Made by a program: the position numbers and the translations under genes. The notes beneath the pieces are model-generated. The model saw only the letters and a list, made by a program, of their open reading frames with translations, did not search any database and was not told the DNA's origin. Shown one piece after another: positions 60,557-64,000 of a stretch of 64,000 nt of DNA; positions within the stretch are counted from its first letter, which is position 1; every line of letters begins with the position of its first letter. The stretch covers positions 9,424,001 to 9,488,000 of the forward strand of contig CATNEN010000007.1 of the NCBI GenBank assembly GCA_950097015.1, read 5' to 3'. This stretch comes from Macrostomum hystrix (taxonomy: Eukaryota; Animalia; Platyhelminthes).

Positions 60557-62203
60557 ATTTATTTTAGCTTTCATTGTACTACTTCAGCAGAGATTTGACA
60601 TATATTTTATTGCCTCCGCTGCATCATCAATGCAAATTTATCGCACTGTGTCGCACTTAAACAATGTTTATATCCCTTTGCCTAGACAGCAGCACAAGCA
60701 ACAACAAAACTTGTAGCACATTTTTTGTTTTCGTCTTTCACTACTGAGTGATGGTATGGCTCCGCAGTGCTCCTATCCAAGCAGAAAATATGTTTTATGT
60801 TGTTTTTCTCTTGTCGCACAGCGTTTTTTTATTTTCGAATTTGTTACTTTTCCCTTCAAAAAGCTTTTTGCTATTCTTGTCCAACAGAATTAAATAAATA
60901 TTATTTTCGTCAGCTGAAACTCTAGCTGAGTATCTAGCCAATATTTATGCTACTGAGAATCCCATTTCCTTATCCGTTTCCCGAATCTCCGAGACAACTG
61001 TCTTCGTAAAAGTACATTAACTTGAAGATTTTCAGTGTCTTTCTGAACTTTCCTCTCCTTTTAATCGTGCTGCTCTTGACTGTTTCAGAAGTATTCGTAT
61101 TAGCATATCAATAAATATTTTTAACGAGAAAAAAACTAAATAATTTCTGATTATCATGTACACCTGGTATAATTACTGAGGTGAGAACTGTTCCCTTTTC
61201 AATTCAAGTAATTAACCATGCTAGAAAGCTAGATCAGACAAAAAGGAATACCGTGTTGCAGCATGAAGATCAAGATTAATTACTAATGACATGAAGTTGG
61301 GCACCAGAATGCACTGCGAATCTGCCTTCAAAACTAATTCATTGTTTCATGTTTGTCACAAGACGAAAAAAATTGTCCCAGAAGTTAGTTTGTATAATTT
61401 TAGTTTATTAGGTTGAATTCTAATAAAATATAATTTATGGCCAATAATCACAGATTCAAGAAAACAATTTATTCGGTATACATTTATTGCTTCATTAATT
61501 AATGCATTAAAATTAGCTATAAATTCGTAGTCTTATATATAACTTTCAATGTGAATAGTTTTGGTATGTACTCCATTAAGCTGCAATGCTGGCATGATGG
61601 TGACCATAGCACTGCAGCTTTCGTTTAGTTTCTTAAGAAGAATTGCATTGTATTATTAGACACCTAAACATCATTTCGGCTTAATTGCATTATCTACCGT
61701 TATAGATCTACTGATACATTGGGTACGAAAGAAAGTTTAAGAAAACACTTGATGGACGGGTTTTTGGGTGAGAAAATTGTGTAGATTAACAAAGTAAAAA
61801 GTATCCAGTACTATCCAGTATTATCCAGTATAATTAAAAATACTATTCTATATTTACAACAAAAATTTAAATGAAAAAACAGAGAAACTTCTTTATTCTA
61901 TTTTAGTTTGTAGAACGCTTTAAGTTTGAATGTAAAAAAAACTCATTTTCAGAACGGCCTCCTCATATAATAGTAATGTGGAAAGCTCGAAGTGATTACT
62001 TTTTGATTTGGCGCTGCATAATAGCCCTAGATAAATGATCATGGTCCCTTGACAACAGCTATATTTTTTATCTCATCATTTCATTTGTTTTTTTATTTCA
62101 TCGTAGGGGTAGGCCTAGTGATTAATTTGCCTCCTTATAGCACTGCTAAACTCTAGAGACATCGTCTAGTTTTTTTTCACGCTGACTTTAGGAACTGCCT
62201 CAC

Positions 62204-64000
62204 ATGCCTAACGCAGCAATGGAGTTGCATTTAACAATTCACAGTCCAGTTGGTGCTCCACCTGAAGATTTTATTTGGGCTTCTAGGAATTTAGAACTTC
62301 AGGTAAGCATTCCAATGTAAACCTAGTGCCTTTAATGTCACTTTTATTCAGACTTGGGCACAGGTGTTATACTATCGCCAACACTTTTGAGTATTTAAGT
62401 ATTGATGCTTTTTTAGTATTGTACCACAGCATAGCAGGATACTTTTTTTAAGTCTGATATCAGAATGCATATACTTATAAACTAAATTTAGAGTACACTA
62501 GAACAAGAAAGCACAAACAACATTGAAGAAATAATAATGGCAATTAATAAGAGGTTAGGTTTAAACCTACTATCATTTAGGTTTCAATAACAATTACAAT
62601 GTACAGAAAATAACAGAAAAGTTGTGCTGCTTTATTCTCTGAAATTTCAGAACTACCTCTTTCTAGAATCAGCAGTATAAAAAGCCTTAACAACTGTATA
62701 TTAGTTTAACAATAAATTAAGCATTGCATAGCAGTGATGACTCATTGATTGTTGGGTTTGGCTTTTACCAAAATTGTCATATTCTGAATAGCTCAGTTTT
62801 AAAAAGTTTGACAAAATTGGCATATTAAATTTGTTGGGCAGCTATACTATGCAAAAGTTGTCATATAAGCTATTTAGTTGTTTTACTGGCTCACTCTAAG
62901 TGGCTCTGTTCAACCTTTAGGGTTCTATACAAATGTGTCCTAGGAGCTTTCTTTGCAATTTCCTAGATTTCCTAGATTGTGTAATACACAAATAGAAGCA
63001 CAATAATAGATCACAAGTTGGCTTAACAGTATAAATATGTTCTTAGTGCCTATATACCTGGGATCAAAGTTTGCCTATGCACTTGACAGGGCATCCATAC
63101 ATTTTTAGATTAGCTGCAATAATGCAATAGGGCTACCTCAGAACCACCACCTCAAAGTCTGGACAACCTGCACTTGTCAGATAGATAGAGACGATGGGTC
63201 ATCTAGCACTGTTGCCCATTCTGTCTAGCTGCTCTTAAGTCAGCCTTGAACATTTGCAGGATGTGTGTCTCAATGAAGGATGAGATTCAGCAAGAACTAG
63301 TAACCATTGAATGATTTTTCCACTACCAAGGATGTCCTCTGTGCTGTTCATCAATACTGTTTTGTCTACTTATTTCAGTTCTTTTATTTTATTTGAAAAG
63401 TATATTCATTAATGGGATCAACTGCGGCAGTCACTTAAAGCTATATATACAGAGTGGCAAAACTAAGTATTTCAGGCTTAGAAAGAAATAAAATAAACTA
63501 GTATCAGATCATAAAAATTGTAGTCCTTTATTTTTAAAAGTATTGATACCCATCACAGCTCATAACAAACATATATATTGTCATAAGCCATTTCAATGTA
63601 ATTATATTAAATTAAACAATTTATTGCTTGCTTTACTACTTTATCTCATCCCCCAGCCCGATGATCGCGGCGAGGATGGCTCGGAGGCGCTGGACACCTT
63701 GCGCTTCATCCTGGCCGAGCTGCCCCTTCTGGCTGACGACGCCGACGTTGCATCGGCGCTGCGCCAGGCCGACCCGCTCCGCTTTGTCAGCCTGCAGCGC
63801 CTCTGCGACGCCTACAACCGGCGGCTGCGTGCCCTGCGCTCCACTTTGGATGCCGAGATCTTCAATGCGCTGGTGCCCCAGCGGGCCAGTGTGGCACACC
63901 TTAAGCACATCATCAGCCTGGCCTACAATCGGGCTGTGGAAGATCCGGACGTGCTCAATCGCTACGCGGCCTTTTCGCCTGAGGTCTACGGCGAGACCTC
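62204..64000 (+). CDS. DOT1L: DOT1-like histone H3K79 methyltransferase, 5' part (runs off window)
   Basis: Exon 62204-62302 MPNAAMELHLTIHSPVGAPPEDFIW... resembles the DOT1L N-terminus (LELRLKSPVGAEP..Y.W). Exon 63657->64000 ...SLQRLCDAYNR...[35 protein letters not shown] matches DOT1L QRLCDKYNR...[22 protein letters not shown]. Phase-0 join with gtaag donor and ccccag acceptor. Confidence 0.9.

Noticed and set aside
63636-63908. Minus-strand 90-aa ORF
   Set aside because: Antisense shadow of the DOT1L exon.

Overview
Eukaryotic (metazoan) genomic DNA with GC-rich exons, AT-rich gene starts and introns packed with minisatellites. The style resembles a free-living flatworm such as Macrostomum, but that is inference. 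Five spliced protein-coding genes can be assembled from splice sites and family motifs: (1) the 3' end of a TRPM-like channel (444-1440, +); (2) a complete tandem TRPM-like paralogue (5096-19710, +, 21 exons, ~1481 aa); (3) a neuromedin-U/pyrokinin/CAPA (PRXamide)-type GPCR (40611-23385, -, 4 exons, ~464 aa) whose 13.4-kb first intron holds a 5.9-kb 26-bp satellite; (4) a full ABCA-subfamily transporter (43783-59399, +, 23 exons, ~2379 aa) that needs two GC-AG introns; (5) the 5' part of a DOT1L H3K79 methyltransferase (62204 to window end, +), which the ORF track misses. There are six copies of one tRNA-derived SINE family (two with target-site duplications), one CORE-SINE-like relic and about 30 distinct tandem arrays. 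No CRISPR array, rRNA or true tRNA gene is supported. Best leads: the same 38-bp minisatellite in inverted orientation on both sides of one ABCA exon; apparent gene conversion of the TRP-domain exon between the TRPM paralogues; their non-canonical TRP box; AP-1 motif arrays built from minisatellites; a stem-loop array in the probable ABCA 3'UTR; and splice acceptors just upstream of start codons (possible trans-splicing). Exon coordinates were read by eye and need RNA-seq confirmation.
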